DNA of 62,088 nucleotides, filler included, from Choristocarpus tenellus KU-1152 (lineage: Eukaryota > Protista > Phaeophyceae), in NCBI GenBank assembly GCA_964200185.2. It is 11 parts of 11 records of this genome, joined end to end, with 100 filler letters (N's around TTAATTAATTAA, not from the genome) between each part and the next. Parts side by side here need not be neighbours in the genome. Positions count along the whole stretch, not along the records: positions 39,617 to 50,102 come from CAXNAD020002897.1; positions 50,203 to 53,177 come from CAXNAD020023230.1; positions 53,278 to 55,911 come from CAXNAD020026096.1; 8 more parts are not named here. The stretch is one strand, 5' to 3'. The position numbers and the translations under genes were made by a program. Below are positions 39,983 to 53,583 of the stretch, in pieces. Below the pieces are notes generated by a model. That model saw only the letters and a program-made list of their open reading frames with translations. It searched no databases and was not told the DNA's origin. Position 1 is the first letter of the stretch. Every line of letters begins with the position of its first letter.

Positions 39983-42900
39983 CTGTTGGTGGAGTTGTAC
40001 GTGTCCAATTGAGGACCCAAACCAGATGCGACGTAAGCAGCGGTGTGATCAGTCTGGTAGTCATGAGCACCAAAGGTGGTGGAGAATCCCCCTCCCCCAT
40101 CAAAGCCACCAGTGTACTTGTTGACAGCAGTCTTATCAACATCAAACACACACACACATCGTATCAGTAGTGACACGCACCAAGGGTTTAAGGCTGGTTT
40201 TACACTGAATTAAACAAAAAAAATGTAATGAATATCTTGTTGAGTGCAGATAGTACGCATACTATAAAATGATAAAAATATGATAGCTTGTTTGATTAGG
40301 GTTAGGGTTAGGGCATTAAAAACGAAAAAAATAAAAGAAAGGTTAGAGTTGTGGGGAACAGGGGGGGAGCAGGGGGGGTGGGTGGGGTGGAGAATGCATG
40401 CCTCACTAAAAAATATAAACAATGTCAAACAGTCTTCCATCCTTGTTGTGGCCAGGTGAGTTCAGCACACTGAAATTTGTAAGCTGTTTTGAAGAGGTGA
40501 CCACTATACCACTATCCTAGAAGCCTAAGAGACTACACCAACAGAGAGAGACCAACCAACCCCACTTTAATCAAGCTAATTTTCTCAAGACCATTACCAC
40601 ACCCATCTATGCAGGGGGGGGTATATTCCACCATTGCTCAGGGGAGATGGACAACAACACTACTCACAGAGAGTTCAAGTATTTCAAGTGGAGGTACAGA
40701 TACGCTATATCAGCATTTTCTATCCAGCTGTATCTCCCAAGGTATCCAATAGTGTGCTTTGGATGCAATCAAAATACTCCACTCCCCCCCCCACCCCCCC
40801 ACCCTTTTAGGTTACCCCTCTGTCCCTCCCCAGATGCGAACAAAAATACTGACAACAGAAGGTACAACACCTGACGACAGAAGGTAAAACACCTGACAAC
40901 AGAAGGTACACCACTATTGTCTCACCACCTACCTCAGCACTGGCAATATTGTCTGGACCAAGGAGGTCAGATTGTTTACAGGAACCCCCAAGGTCCCACG
41001 CCACCTTCTCAATGAGAGGCAATGCCCAGTGTGTATGATGATTCATGTGATATGTGGAGCACGTTGGAGTAGGTTATTAGGGTTAGGGTTAGTACATCTA
41101 TAGTAAGCATAAAAAACATAGTGCGTTGGCAATTTCAAAGTTTTAAAAGTCTTACACCTATCCAATGCACAAAAATCTTGGTAAAGTAGTAACGATAATA
41201 TTAACAATAATCAAAATAATATTTTATATCACGGGTCACAACCCCTTCACAAAAACAACGTAACATGCTTCGGACCTTTTCCAACGTTTTTCTCTTTTAT
41301 TTAAAAAAGAAGAAGAAACCGTTCTTTTTAAATATTTAAAAAAAATGAAGAACAATAAAAAATACGTGTTGTTTCTACTTTGCAATTGTGATTGAAGAAT
41401 CACAACACGCCACTTCAAGGACATTTAAACATTAATTTTTTTTTTTTGAATGATTTAAAAGTGCCCTTACTTCCATACTGCTTTTTGTTTTTATGCACAC
41501 AATGCACATTATTATTATTATTACTATTATCATCAATATTTATTATTATTATTATTAACTTTCTCCTCTACACCAACAAACACCAACAACGAGCCAAAAT
41601 TCAAGATGCAACACATTTGCAACACAATTTCAGTTCATGATCGCACCCACCACTAAAGAGAAAGAGAGCCGGTTCACACAACATCCCTAATTGAATATAC
41701 ATACATAATATACATACAAGAAGTGCACCCCAATTAAAAGGAAGCCGCAGCACCAAAATCAATACCCAATCATGCCATCAATACCTACCAATACCAAACA
41801 TACCCAAAACAACTTCAGGTGGACGACTTTGAGGACAAACCAAAGGCCAAATCGGAGAATCAGAATAGGACTTTGATGATACCCAACTAGTTCACTAGAC
41901 ACCATTGGGGGGATCAGCAACGATTCATACCGTCATTCATTTTTTTTTTCTTAGTTGTGCAAATTATTCCGCCAAAGAGAACAATTTTATTTATATTTTG
42001 TACCCTGAGTGCCTTAAGAGACTAAACCGTTCTCACTATCAGGAAAAGAAGAAAATTATATATATATTATATTTTAAAGCAACCAAACCGTGAAGTCTGT
42101 AACATAAAAAAATGTTGCCATTAAAAAAATAAAGATTCGTACAGAAGAAAACGGCATTAGTTTTAAATTTAAGTTTAAAAGAAGAAAACGGCATCAGTTT
42201 TAAATTTAAGTTTAAATTTAAATATTTTTTTCCAACGGAAAAAAAGGTAACAACACACACACACACAAATAAAAATAAATAAATAAATTTCCACACAGGA
42301 AACAAGACAACAGGAACAGATTCTACTACACCACTACGTGTCAGAAAAATCCTGGAAACTTCCGGGGGAAGCGCCACCAACATACTCCCCTTGCAATTTC
42401 AGTATGATACTAAAATTTCCAAGGGGATAAACACACAACAGCGAGGGAGGGGAAGAGAGAGAGAGAGGGATGACTATCACTACTTTGTAGAGACATGACC
42501 TATGTATGATATAACTTCAAAGTGTCACAGTTGCTAATCAAGGTGGTACCAGAGTGAAATGTAAGTGTCTAAGCATGATCCCCCTTGCCTTACCTTACGC
42601 CCCATGTGTAACTTTCATTGTAGGCATTGCATCAACATGGAAATTTTTAATTTAAATCAGTAATAATATTTCAGTTGATTTAAAAACTGATGCTACCATG
42701 GTACATTTAAGTAAAACTCTTAGGGTTAGGGTTAAGATATATATAACCTAGGGGCTAAATATTGTTACTATATATGCTATATACATAGTATACAGAAGTA
42801 ATACAAAAAATCATATATATACTATATACACAGTATACAAGAAGTAATACTACAAAAAGTATATATATACTATATACATAGTATACAAGAAGTAATACTA

Positions 42901-45900
42901 CAAAAAGTATATATATACTATATACACAGTATACAAGAAGTAATACTACAAAAATTATATATACAATATACATAGTATACAAGAACTAATACTACAAAAA
43001 TTATATACATACTATATACACAGTATACAAGAAGTAATACAACAAAAATTATATATACTATATACACAGTATACAAGAAGTAATACAACAAAAATTATAT
43101 ACATACTATATACACAGTATACAAGAACTAATACTACAAAAATTATATATATACTATATACACAGTATACAAGAAGTAATACTACAAAAATTATATATAC
43201 TATATACATAGTATACAAGAACTAATACTACAAAAATTATAAGAACAAAAAAAGCATCCCATGTTCTTTTAACTAACACTATGATTAATGCGATCTAGAG
43301 CATGGTTCACCTGGGTACCACCCACAGAAGTGACCCAGGGGCTGCTGGCTGGGAAGTCTGGGGCAAAGACAGTGTCATCCACAGAGGTCTCAAATGAATA
43401 GCCGCTCAGAGTACATGATCCCTCCACCTCTGTGGGGATATCTCCGCACTCACAGTCTGAGTAGAAGGAGAGGTTGGATGAAAAAAAATCGGCTTGGCAT
43501 GTCCCGTTGGCTCCCCCAAAAATCTGCATTAAAGAGGAACTGTTCAGTGTGTATGTAGTATATATGTATGTATGTATGTATCTACAAATTTTCGCTCCCC
43601 NNNNNNNNNCCCCTACACCCCCCACAACCTGAACAACTCTTGCCATTATTGCCTTCACCATCTCTCTATAACTCCTCCTCCTCCTCCTCTAAGAACACTG
43701 ATATAACTTAAATTTATTATATTTATTTATTATATATTATATTCACTAGTACTACCACTAAACACACAATAATAGTTATATCAACAATAATAACAAATAG
43801 TACTGAAAATGATGTAGGGTATGGGGCTTAAGGTCATAGTCTTGACTCTGCATGTCTAAATACAAGATAGTTTCAAGGCAATACTCAAGACACTGTCCTG
43901 GATAACATGGTAACACAATAACACGACAACTCAACAGACATGATACAGAAAAAAAGATAGTAAGTACAACCCTAACCCTAACCCTAACCCTTACCAAAGA
44001 AAAAGCAAACGCTGTAACACAATGCTAAATGAACGCCGTTAATGCCACAAATACACCGTTAATGCCAACAAACACACTACTAAAACCCATGGACATACCG
44101 GTAGAGAGCCTGTGCCATTTCCTCCCCCTCCCCCTCCCCCATTGTCCATTCTTGTCAGTAGGGTTACACAGTCAGTGTTGTTAAGAACCCTCAGGCAGTC
44201 TCCACCCGGAGCCCCCTCCACCCCTTTAGCCATAGCAACTGCCCCAAGGGGAAGGATGCATCTTAATGGGGGCGCCACCTCAGATGAGGCTAACTGAGTG
44301 ATATTGTCGGATGTATTATTGCTGTTGAGAAGGCAGGGGAGGGGTGAGGGGTGAGGGGGGGATTGAAAACATTTGTCAACACAAAGGTATTGTACTCTGG
44401 AACCAAGTATAATGGTATATTATATATAATGGTATTGTTCACAAGCCACTAAGGGAGAATAACATAAGAGTGTAGTTACCTGATTATGGTATCATCCCAA
44501 ACTAACCCCATCTGTATAATCAGAAAAAAGAATGCCTAGGGTTAGGGATGGATCTATTTGAAGAATGTTTGTACATAAATTCGTGTTTATATTTATATTT
44601 ATATTCATATTTATAGACACCTCAGGCAATATGCCACTTACACAGTCAGAACATTAAACATCTTCGGGTTTACAATACAATAACATGAAATGTGTAACAC
44701 AATAACATGAAATGTGTAACACAATAACATGAAATGTATAACACAATAACATGAAATGTATAACACAATAACATGAAATGTGTAACACAATAACATGAAA
44801 CATATAACACAATAATCTTAAATGTATAACACAACAAACACAACAGACAATCAATGCTACACAGTAAATGGTTGCAATGGTCATAGTCATCCTGGACAAC
44901 AGATAACTCGGGTGGAATTGTCTCAAGGAATTGCCCAACAGCAAGGAGACACTACAGCAAGGCTCGTCACAGTACTAATTTCGCTCCACGGTATGACCAC
45001 AGTACTAATTTTGTGTGGTGGTACGACCACGGTATGATATGGTAAGGTCTAACACGGTATGAACGAAAACTTTGAAAAATAAAAATAATTACATGGAACG
45101 AAACAGTAAGGCCTACCATTAAAAAAAAAAGAAAAGATTACAGTACCGTAAGGGGTTTGATTATTTTTGTATTTTTTAAAATTTAGTTGTGATGACTATG
45201 GTGGAACAAAGAACGAAGGCAGATGGACTACATTGATTTGATTTGATTTGATTTGATGTTAGGAAGGTAAGGGACCCCTGCCATGGACAGTTGAGGGGTG
45301 AGAAGAGAGACCTTGAGAGGCAATAATAAAATAATAATAATAATAATAAAATAATAATAATGATAATAATAATAGTAGTAGTAATGATAATAATAACAAT
45401 AGTAATGATAATAGTAATAGTAATAGTGATAATAATGATAATAATAATAATAATAATAATAGTGACGGTTCAAGAGAGACACGAGGTCCTCAATGCCTAT
45501 GACAAGGAGGATCGTCCCGTACACTAATCCTAGCAACAAGGACGGAGGCGTTGGTCATGGAACAAAAAACAAAAAAAAAGAGGCCAGAGACAAAAACACC
45601 GGGGGGGAAGGGTGATGTGATGTGATGTGATGTGACAGGGCGTACTACGAATACGGATATGTCAAGAGACAGGTGTCCCAAAATAGGGGCAACAGAAAAC
45701 CAAGGCAGAACATCCACTTAACTTAACTTCAACTTCAATGATGGGAATTGACTTAACTAACTTCGACGTTAACTTCAACTTCAATGATGGGAATTGACTT
45801 AACTAACTTCGACTTTAACTTCAACTTCAATGATGGGAATTGACTTAACTAACTTCGACTTTAACTTCAACTTCAATGATGGGAATTGACTTAACTAACT

Positions 45901-48900
45901 TTGACTTTAACTTCAACTCTGACGGAATCAACCCACAACTGAGAGGAGTCAAGCAGAAAGGGGGTACAGTGAGATGAAACCGAAAAAAGGTATAGTGGAA
46001 TAGAACCAAAAAGAGGGTACTGTGGAGAAAATGATCTTAATGCAAACGCGGTAGCACTAGCTGTAGGGTTAGGGTTAGGGTTTAGGGGGGGGGGAATGGT
46101 CAACTGAATTAAGGGTTAGGGCAAGGGGAAAGTCTCAACGGTGAGGAATGTTATTGGACGGTTATTATTATTATAATTATAATTATTATTAAGGGTTAGG
46201 ACAGAGGATTATTGGATCATTCTACTCCTTACAACACTTTGAGAAAGTTCCAAACTTGGTCTGGTGGTGTACCTGTTGAAGGGGGAACGAAAACTGACAA
46301 TCCTGGGAATATACACACAAATTACATACAAATACAGAAATATACATACAAACACACACACACATATATATATATCATGGGGGAAAATTTTGCAAATGAT
46401 ATGTCATAGCTAAGCCTTTGCGGCTACTAAGTTAAAAAAAAAAAGAGGAGAATTTGTATCCAATTAACTTAACAATTAAAAAATCAATTAAAAAAAAAAT
46501 AGAGCACTAAAAAAAAAAGAGGTGAATTTGTATCCAATTAACTTAACAATTAAGAGATCAATGAGGTTGAATGGAGACCACTTCATCAATTGATCACTTC
46601 ATCAATTGATCACTTCATCAATTAACTTAACAATTCAACTGGCGATCAAAACAAGACTCCCCCACCCCCACCCCCACCCCTCTCCCCCTCTTTGCCCCTG
46701 ATAGTTTACAATATTGGACTCTGACATTTACTGACCAAGTTGGGGAGAGACTCGTGCTCATTGGGGATGGATGCATCAGGTCAACACTGTCAATCAACCA
46801 TTACGCAACAGGCCTCCGACCCCTATAAAACCCACTCCTGCACCATGGGAAACCACTAAACTCAATACACTTAATTAACTTAATACACTAAACTCACTTA
46901 ATTCACTAAATACACTTAATACACAAGGCCTCAACTACGCAAGCATCACTGTGTATTAAGTTGTGAACTGTTGTGAACTATTGTAAATAAGATGCATGTA
47001 TGTCTGGGGGGCATAGGGAATAGTGGGATAAGTGATAAGTGATAAGTGGGAAGGTACGATTTGGGAAATGTCTTCCTTACAGCTGGTAAGGCACATGTAG
47101 GAGGGATCTCACGGTAAGGCACATTGCTGACCCTAACCCTAACCCTAACCCTAACCCTAGGAGACAACAAATAAAAAATACTTACGCTGAAGAGAGGTAC
47201 CCAGTTCTTCAACATTTTTTTTTTTTAATTTTATTTATTTTTTATCACCAGTTGTACAATTCTTCACAATTCACCTACATATTTATGTATTTATAGTTAG
47301 ATTTTCTACAGATGAAACACTAAGTTCAACTTGAGAGGGTCGATTTATTTCTCTACTGTTCAACTTTTTTTAACATAATAAAAGTAAAAAGTATCATAAA
47401 AAAAAATGTAACAGTAGAGATCTATTGTATCGTTACAATCCCAGTTACAGCAAAGATCCTGTCAAAGTGGGAGCAAACTTCACATGCCAATCCTTCCCCC
47501 CTTGTTCTGCATTAAAGATCCTGAATCATTAACCATTCAACAACAAATTAGTCCTATCAAAAGATACAGCAGTGTAGTCACATTGAAAAAACATATATAC
47601 ATACATATATAATATATACATACACATACTATATATACATACAAAAAAGTAAACAAATGCATCCATTGCCATTGCCATTGCCATTGCCATTGCCATTCCT
47701 AAGTAGTAGTAGTACTAGTAGAATTAATGCAAGGTGTCAAGGAAACAGTACTACACAGACACACTGATCTCTTACCTCTTACCTCTTAATTGTCTTATCT
47801 CTTATCTCTTCTGTAGGAAAAAAACAATGACACATATATGTGTCCAGACACATCAAAAAAAACAAAACAATCACACCATGAAGCTCACCTGGGTATCTCC
47901 AGGGAGAAAGTGGCACAGCGACAGTCACCCTTGTCCTCAAAGGGACAGGAGTGTTCCTCTCCACCAATGCTCACTGGCAACTTAGGGTCAATGGGACAGG
48001 TAAGGCTGAATCCTGGGCTGCCGTCGTCGCCACTGGAGACCAAGACCGTCACCTTAAAAAGAAAGAGGTACAAATAAAAATAATAAAATGAGATTTATTG
48101 TCAAAATAAAAACATGGAACACATAGGGTTCAACAAATAAGGATCAAATAATAAAAAAAACAGATTATTTTTTTGGAGTCTACTGTTTGTACCACCCAGA
48201 CATACGAGAAGCACATCAAAAAACACGTTATTAAAAAACACATTATCAAAAACACATCAAAAAACACATTATTAAAACAGTAATAATAATAGTAATAACA
48301 ATAACAGCAACAGTACCGCAATATACTTAGTTCAACATTGAACTAGAGGAAAAAAAATAATCTCTGGTAACCCAGGTGTACGTTAACAATTTTTAGACCC
48401 CCTTCTGTTCTGTTCTTGTCTCTCCAACTCAAATCATAAACAAATCATAAACATCCAACTCAATCATTAACAGTGACAATCATTAACCTGTTACAGTGTC
48501 AATCATTTGTTAGAACATTCTCACAAACAGTGCTCATCAGAGGGACTCCACAACAATCCAGCCTCTTACAAGTATCATAGACTCCACTACAATCCAACTT
48601 CTACAAAGTATCATGATATTTATGTAGGTACTCTTACAAGGCACCCACTAGTTCATAAATATTTCATAAATATTTTATTTTTATTACGGGTAAAAAAAAA
48701 AAGTCTGCATAAAATAAAATGTGGGTTTTTCATCACCTCAAAAAAAATCAGAGAGTAAAAAACAATAAAAAATAAATAATTAAAATCTGTGCCGACTATT
48801 TCTATCTTTCTTATTATTACTTCAACCCTCAGGCAGGCACTGTATCTGTGGCAAGAAAAGGACCAGACCAAAAAAAGGTATGTATCACCCTTTCTTGACA

Positions 48901-49989
48901 CAGAAGCAACACCCGCGGAATGATGGAGAGAGGAGGATCAGAGCCGAAGGTACTGTCCATTGCCATCACCAAATCACACCAAATCACCAATCACAGATCA
49001 CAGATCACAGATCATCAATCACAGATCACAGATCATCAATCACAGATCATCAATCACACACATGGCAGTGCAGTCCGTTGCAGCTGGTACAGGCAAACCC
49101 GTACAACACACATACACTAGTAAGGGTTAGGGTTAGGACATATACTAGTAAGGGTTAGGGTTAGGACATACACTAGTAAGGGTTAGGGTTAGGACATATA
49201 CTAGTAAGGGTTAGGGTTAGGACATACACTAGTAAGGGTTAGGGTTAGGACATATACTAGTAAGGGTTAGGGTTAGGACATATACTAGTAAGGGTTAGGG
49301 TTAGGACATACACTAGTAAGGGTTAGGGTTAGGACATATACTAGTAAGGACATACACTAGTAAGGACTGCACCTGCATTTCCAAACACAACCTCTCAATA
49401 CACCAATCAAATGCACTGCACACCATACCCCACTTAGAGGGCCTGTACCTGTACCTCTTGATGAATCTTGAGTATCTTGATGAATCTTAATGAATCTTGA
49501 TGAATAGTTACAGTCTTTCGCAAGGGCAACAACCCTAACCCCAGTCCCCCCACAATACCTTTTCCCTAACATATCATGTATATTACTATAATATTAATTA
49601 TTATTTTCATGTACTATGTGCCCACCCTCATATTATCATACCATCTACAATACCCTTACAATAGCATATTATGTACATCATTATATCAACACACTAGGGT
49701 ATCTACACTACCCTTACACACCAGAGTATCAACACAGTATTGCACACCACTATAATACCTATTACTACATACATACATACATACATACATACATACATAC
49801 ATAAGTATATGCAGCAATACTAGTGCACCACTAATCCAGTCTCACCCCCAAAGCTGCCAGCTTGGCTAGTTCCACATTGGCCCTCTGAAGGTAAATTTCC
49901 GGATCGTATCCATGGATAACCCCCTCACAGGGACCCATCCCTGCATAGCATTGCCACTTCTCAGGAAGGCCATAACTCACAGACCAAAC
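39983..49989 (-). CDS. S53 sedolisin / tripeptidyl-peptidase I-like serine-carboxyl peptidase, six internal exons (49989-49846, 48052-47889, 44321-44099, 43523-43311, 41004-40933, 40131-39983)
   Basis: S53 motifs occur in order: VWSVSYG, YLQRANVELAKLAALG|VTVLVSSGDDG (oxyanion Asp), FPASSPWVTSVGGT, GGGGFS...YQ...V..Y, N.TNR. All five junctions are phase-consistent (0,2,0,0,0). Confidence 0.93.
40849..40912 (+). repeat. 22-bp tandem repeat x3 (CTGACAACAGAAGGTACAACAC)
   Basis: Three adjacent imperfect units in an S53 intron. Confidence 0.8.
42770..43240 (+). repeat. AT-rich minisatellite, ~46-48-bp unit x~10
   Basis: Unit TATATACACAGTATACAAGAAGTAATACTACAAAAATTATATATAC repeated head-to-tail. 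It produces the spurious repetitive ORFs 42755-42982 and 43012-43218. Confidence 0.95.
44678..44835 (+). repeat. 22-bp minisatellite x~7 (CAATAACATGAAATGTGTAACA)
   Basis: Head-to-tail units. Confidence 0.92.
45322..45462 (+). repeat. (TAA/TAG/TGA)n trinucleotide microsatellite
   Basis: Long imperfect ATA-type tract that produces the spurious poly-Tyr ORF. Confidence 0.9.
45716..45917 (+). repeat. 46-bp minisatellite x~4 (ACTTAACTAACTTCGACTTTAACTTCAACTTCAATGATGGGAATTG)
   Basis: Near-identical head-to-tail units. Confidence 0.92.
48988..49058 (+). repeat. ATCACAG/ATCATCA 7-bp-based tandem repeat
   Basis: A 21-bp higher-order unit ATCACAGATCACAGATCATCA is repeated about three times. Confidence 0.8.
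49111..49366 (+). repeat. 28-bp minisatellite x8 containing telomere-type GGGTTA repeats, plus two 16-bp units lacking them
   Basis: CATA(C/T)ACTAGTAAGGGTTAGGGTTAGGA x8 (49111-49334), then CATA(T/C)ACTAGTAAGGA x2. Confidence 0.95.
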
Positions 49990-52900
49990 CTTTTTGTTTG
50001 TTTTCATACCAACAGGTATACAACAGTGAGGGGTAAGGGGAAGGGGGGGGGAGAGGGCGGGGATCAAACAGTGACATTCTTTAAACTGGTTTCACCTTCA
50101 AGNNNNNNNNNNNNNNNNNNNNNNNNNNNNNNNNNNNNNNNNNNNNTTAATTAATTAANNNNNNNNNNNNNNNNNNNNNNNNNNNNNNNNNNNNNNNNNN
50201 NNGGTTAGGCTACGGGGTGGTGGAAGGGGTTAAAGCACCTCCTAGTTGATGGGGGCAGAGGAGTGCTTTAAAGTGTATACAATACAACAGTAGTTTTATA
50301 GTTGGGGAGGAGGCGTATGTACTTCGTTCCTTCCCCCCCCCGCCCCCACACTCCCACTTTTATGTGGAAGGAGTAGTGAATAGAGCTTGGTTGAGTGGGA
50401 AAGGTGGGTGGGGGCAGGCGGGGAAAGAGCTTGGATGGTAGAGGGGGTTACATTTGTGCAGGTTGTGTTCATTGGGGGAGGGGGGAAATTCTACTTTTTT
50501 ATTGTTTTTTTCACTCTTGAGTAGTAGTGCTGCGTGTGCACCGAACGGTTGTGGTAAACATGTTCTAGTTGAGGTTTTTAACTTTTCCCGAGCCTTTTTC
50601 CTCCTGCCTCGCCCCCCCCCCCTCCGACTCCATTGGTTCACTGCTTGACGTACTTTAGACTTTTGTGAAAAGTTAAATGATATTGGAAAAGGAGTGCAAG
50701 TCTGCTCTCGGTAAGCCTTCGTGTCTGCGAAGCGAGGGTGTTTCTTTTTATCTCGAGTTGTGATTGTTCCGAGTCAGCGATTGTGGCAGTGAGGTATTAT
50801 TGCATTTAATTGTGTTTTTTATTATACCTCTATTTGTAGATAGGGTTGAGAGTCATTGTTGCACCTCCCAGACTAGACTACTTCGCTTTTTTTAAGTTTT
50901 TTGTTTCTGGGAAGCTAGGTAGCTTTGTTGTTCTGTAAGAATTGAGGGTTAGGGTTTTGTGCGTCTCCCTTCGGGGGGTGGTGTTCGGTGTTGCCACAGC
51001 TACCCTTTTTTTTATCAATTAGGCTTATTATCCTGGATTTTTGGTACTGTGTTGGAGAAATTAAAACTGACACTTTGTCGTTCCCAGTGTAGCTATCCTT
51101 TTTCAGAATGCTTTTGACTACATGCAGACACTGTTGTTGTTATTGTTATTATTACACACAAAGAGTTGCCATTTGTATAGGATAAGTTTTTATTGCTCTT
51201 TGCTGTGAACACCGCATTGAGGTATATAATAAAAATATGTATTATTTTATTATATTTTCCTGGCAAGTTACATCTGCGAAAGGCAACCCCAATTTCCACT
51301 GGAAAATGGAAGGCTGGTGAGGTGGTAATGTGTGGATTTGATCGCCGACGTTTCGAGGAATACTCTTTTTAATCAATGGTTTCTTGGAGTCACCATATAC
51401 TGCTGAACAAAATCGGTCTTGGTTCAATCATTCAGCAGTGAAAACTAATGTCCCAAGTTTATCGGACACCACTGTTTGGTCTTTCCTTTCTCAGTAGCTA
51501 GAACTTGTATACCTCATCTCCTCTCCAAACTGTCGATGCACTGGAAGTTTGTTTCATGTCTCAGGTTCTGGCATTAAAACTACCTATAGTGTGGGAAGGA
51601 AAAGGAATCATACTCTGTTACAATTGTGCTGAGAGTAGGTATGCTTCGTGTAACCGTCTTATCCCCCCAAAAAAGAATTGTTCATTGGAGTGGCTTATAG
51701 GTCGTGATCAAAGCTGAAGAGAGTGTTCAACTGAGGGGGTAAAAATCGTTTGAAAAGTAGACGAAATTATTTCAACACAAGAAATCCTACGATTGGTTGT
51801 TTTACAATCAACCAATAAGGGTGCAAAGTGAGTTTTCTCAACACAAATTATGAGCCATGTGACGAATCATGGACAACACACATCAGCATGCGTGCTCAGT
51901 ATTCTACACAGAGGACATCCCTTTCAGAACTTCGCTCTGCACACTTCACTGCAGTAGTATCATCCTCTATATATCCATCCATGGCATACCACGAGTATTG
52001 AGGAAGAAGAATGAGTGGTAACAGCCATGATGAACAGCCTATCTCATAGGCACATAGTTACATTCTCTAGAGTAAATATATAAGGTAGTAGTAGTGGTTG
52101 GTTCCAGCATTAAACGTATTTTTGTTTTGATTCATGCACGAACTACTACAGAGAGTGCTTACTACCACCACCTTGTTTGCATGCTTGTTGTGCCTTCTGA
52201 CGTGACTAAGAGAGGAACAGTGATGGTTCAGAAACGAGGCAGTGTTATATTGTTCCATACGTACAGCGCATACTTGTAGAACACATTAGCAATAGTAGCC
52301 CTCACAACTCAATATTCCAGCATCATGAATTTTTGATGGGGTTTGAGGTCATGTCTTACCACAATTTTATCAATCGATTGAAAAAAATGTTAATAATGCG
52401 CCAGAATAGTAATAACAGTGGGCTGGGTCTTGTATTGCTTGCTGCTGCTGCTGCTGCTGCTTACGACAGTTTGTAAGGCCTAATAAATATTTTTTTTTAA
52501 TCTTTCATGGCTTCAAAGACAGGTCGACCACTGCTAAAACATAGGCTACTCATTCGATTTGTTCTTGATACCATACAGTATCTCACCAGTTCATACTGAA
52601 TGTTGATTTGTCCATTGTATTTGTTGTTACTTCCACTCACATCACAAACTCATCATCACCACATCATTGATACCTTTTTAGAAACATCACAGTAGATTGG
52701 AAGCATACAGGCACAATATGTGTCACATGTGTTGCTTTAGATGTTGATTCAAGTTTGTCTCCTTAATTCTTCTGTATTTCATTTTTTCTTCTCCTACACA
52801 CAAGAAGGTGTCAGTTGTACATCATGTGTTATTATTTTTCTTGACTGTCATTGTCCCCTCATAATACACCATGCTCAGTCTGCACCACGTGTACCTGATA

Positions 52901-53583
52901 CACACCGGGATACAATATAACCAGAGTTAAAACATCTTCAGAAGCCCTTCTCAGCCAAGGTGACAAGCCTCTCCCCACAGAGCATGCATTTCTTCATATG
53001 AACATCTCAATGAATGACCACACTTCGACATTAATCATAGTCATTTGAAGGGGTATTTCAACCAGACCACACAGGGTGAATACATATACCTTGTATGACG
53101 TTGCAAGGGGTGATGTGACCACCGTACAAGTATCCTTTAAGCCCTCTGCGCCGTGACCCAAAGTATCCGGGAGGGGGNNNNNNNNNNNNNNNNNNNNNNN
53201 NNNNNNNNNNNNNNNNNNNNNTTAATTAATTAANNNNNNNNNNNNNNNNNNNNNNNNNNNNNNNNNNNNNNNNNNNNATCATGCATTTGCTGGAGTACAA
53301 GGTGTTCATATCTTGAGGGGGGGGGGAAATCATGTGCCTTTTTTTTATGCACAACCAGGTCTTGATCCTGAGAAAGCATTCTGAGACCCCAACTTCTACA
53401 TCTCTGTTGTGAACCTGTTTCTTTCACTTGTAGTATCCTATTTCCATCCTTATGCATCGGGAGACATGAGTAGAAAATTGTACATCAGGGTTCAGTGGGT
53501 ATTCATAGGTAGTGACCATCCTTGTTGATTGGGAGTCAGTACAGTTACTTCTCCCCAACTCCCCAATTTCCTGCTCTTTCAAG

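Noticed and set aside
42755-45539. Repetitive hydrophobic and poly-Tyr ORFs
   Set aside because: They are translations of minisatellites and microsatellites inside S53 introns.
49111-49366. CRISPR-like appearance of the regular 28-bp repeats (also the 46-bp and 23-bp arrays)
   Set aside because: Units are head-to-tail with no unique spacers, there are no cas genes, and the context is a eukaryotic intron.
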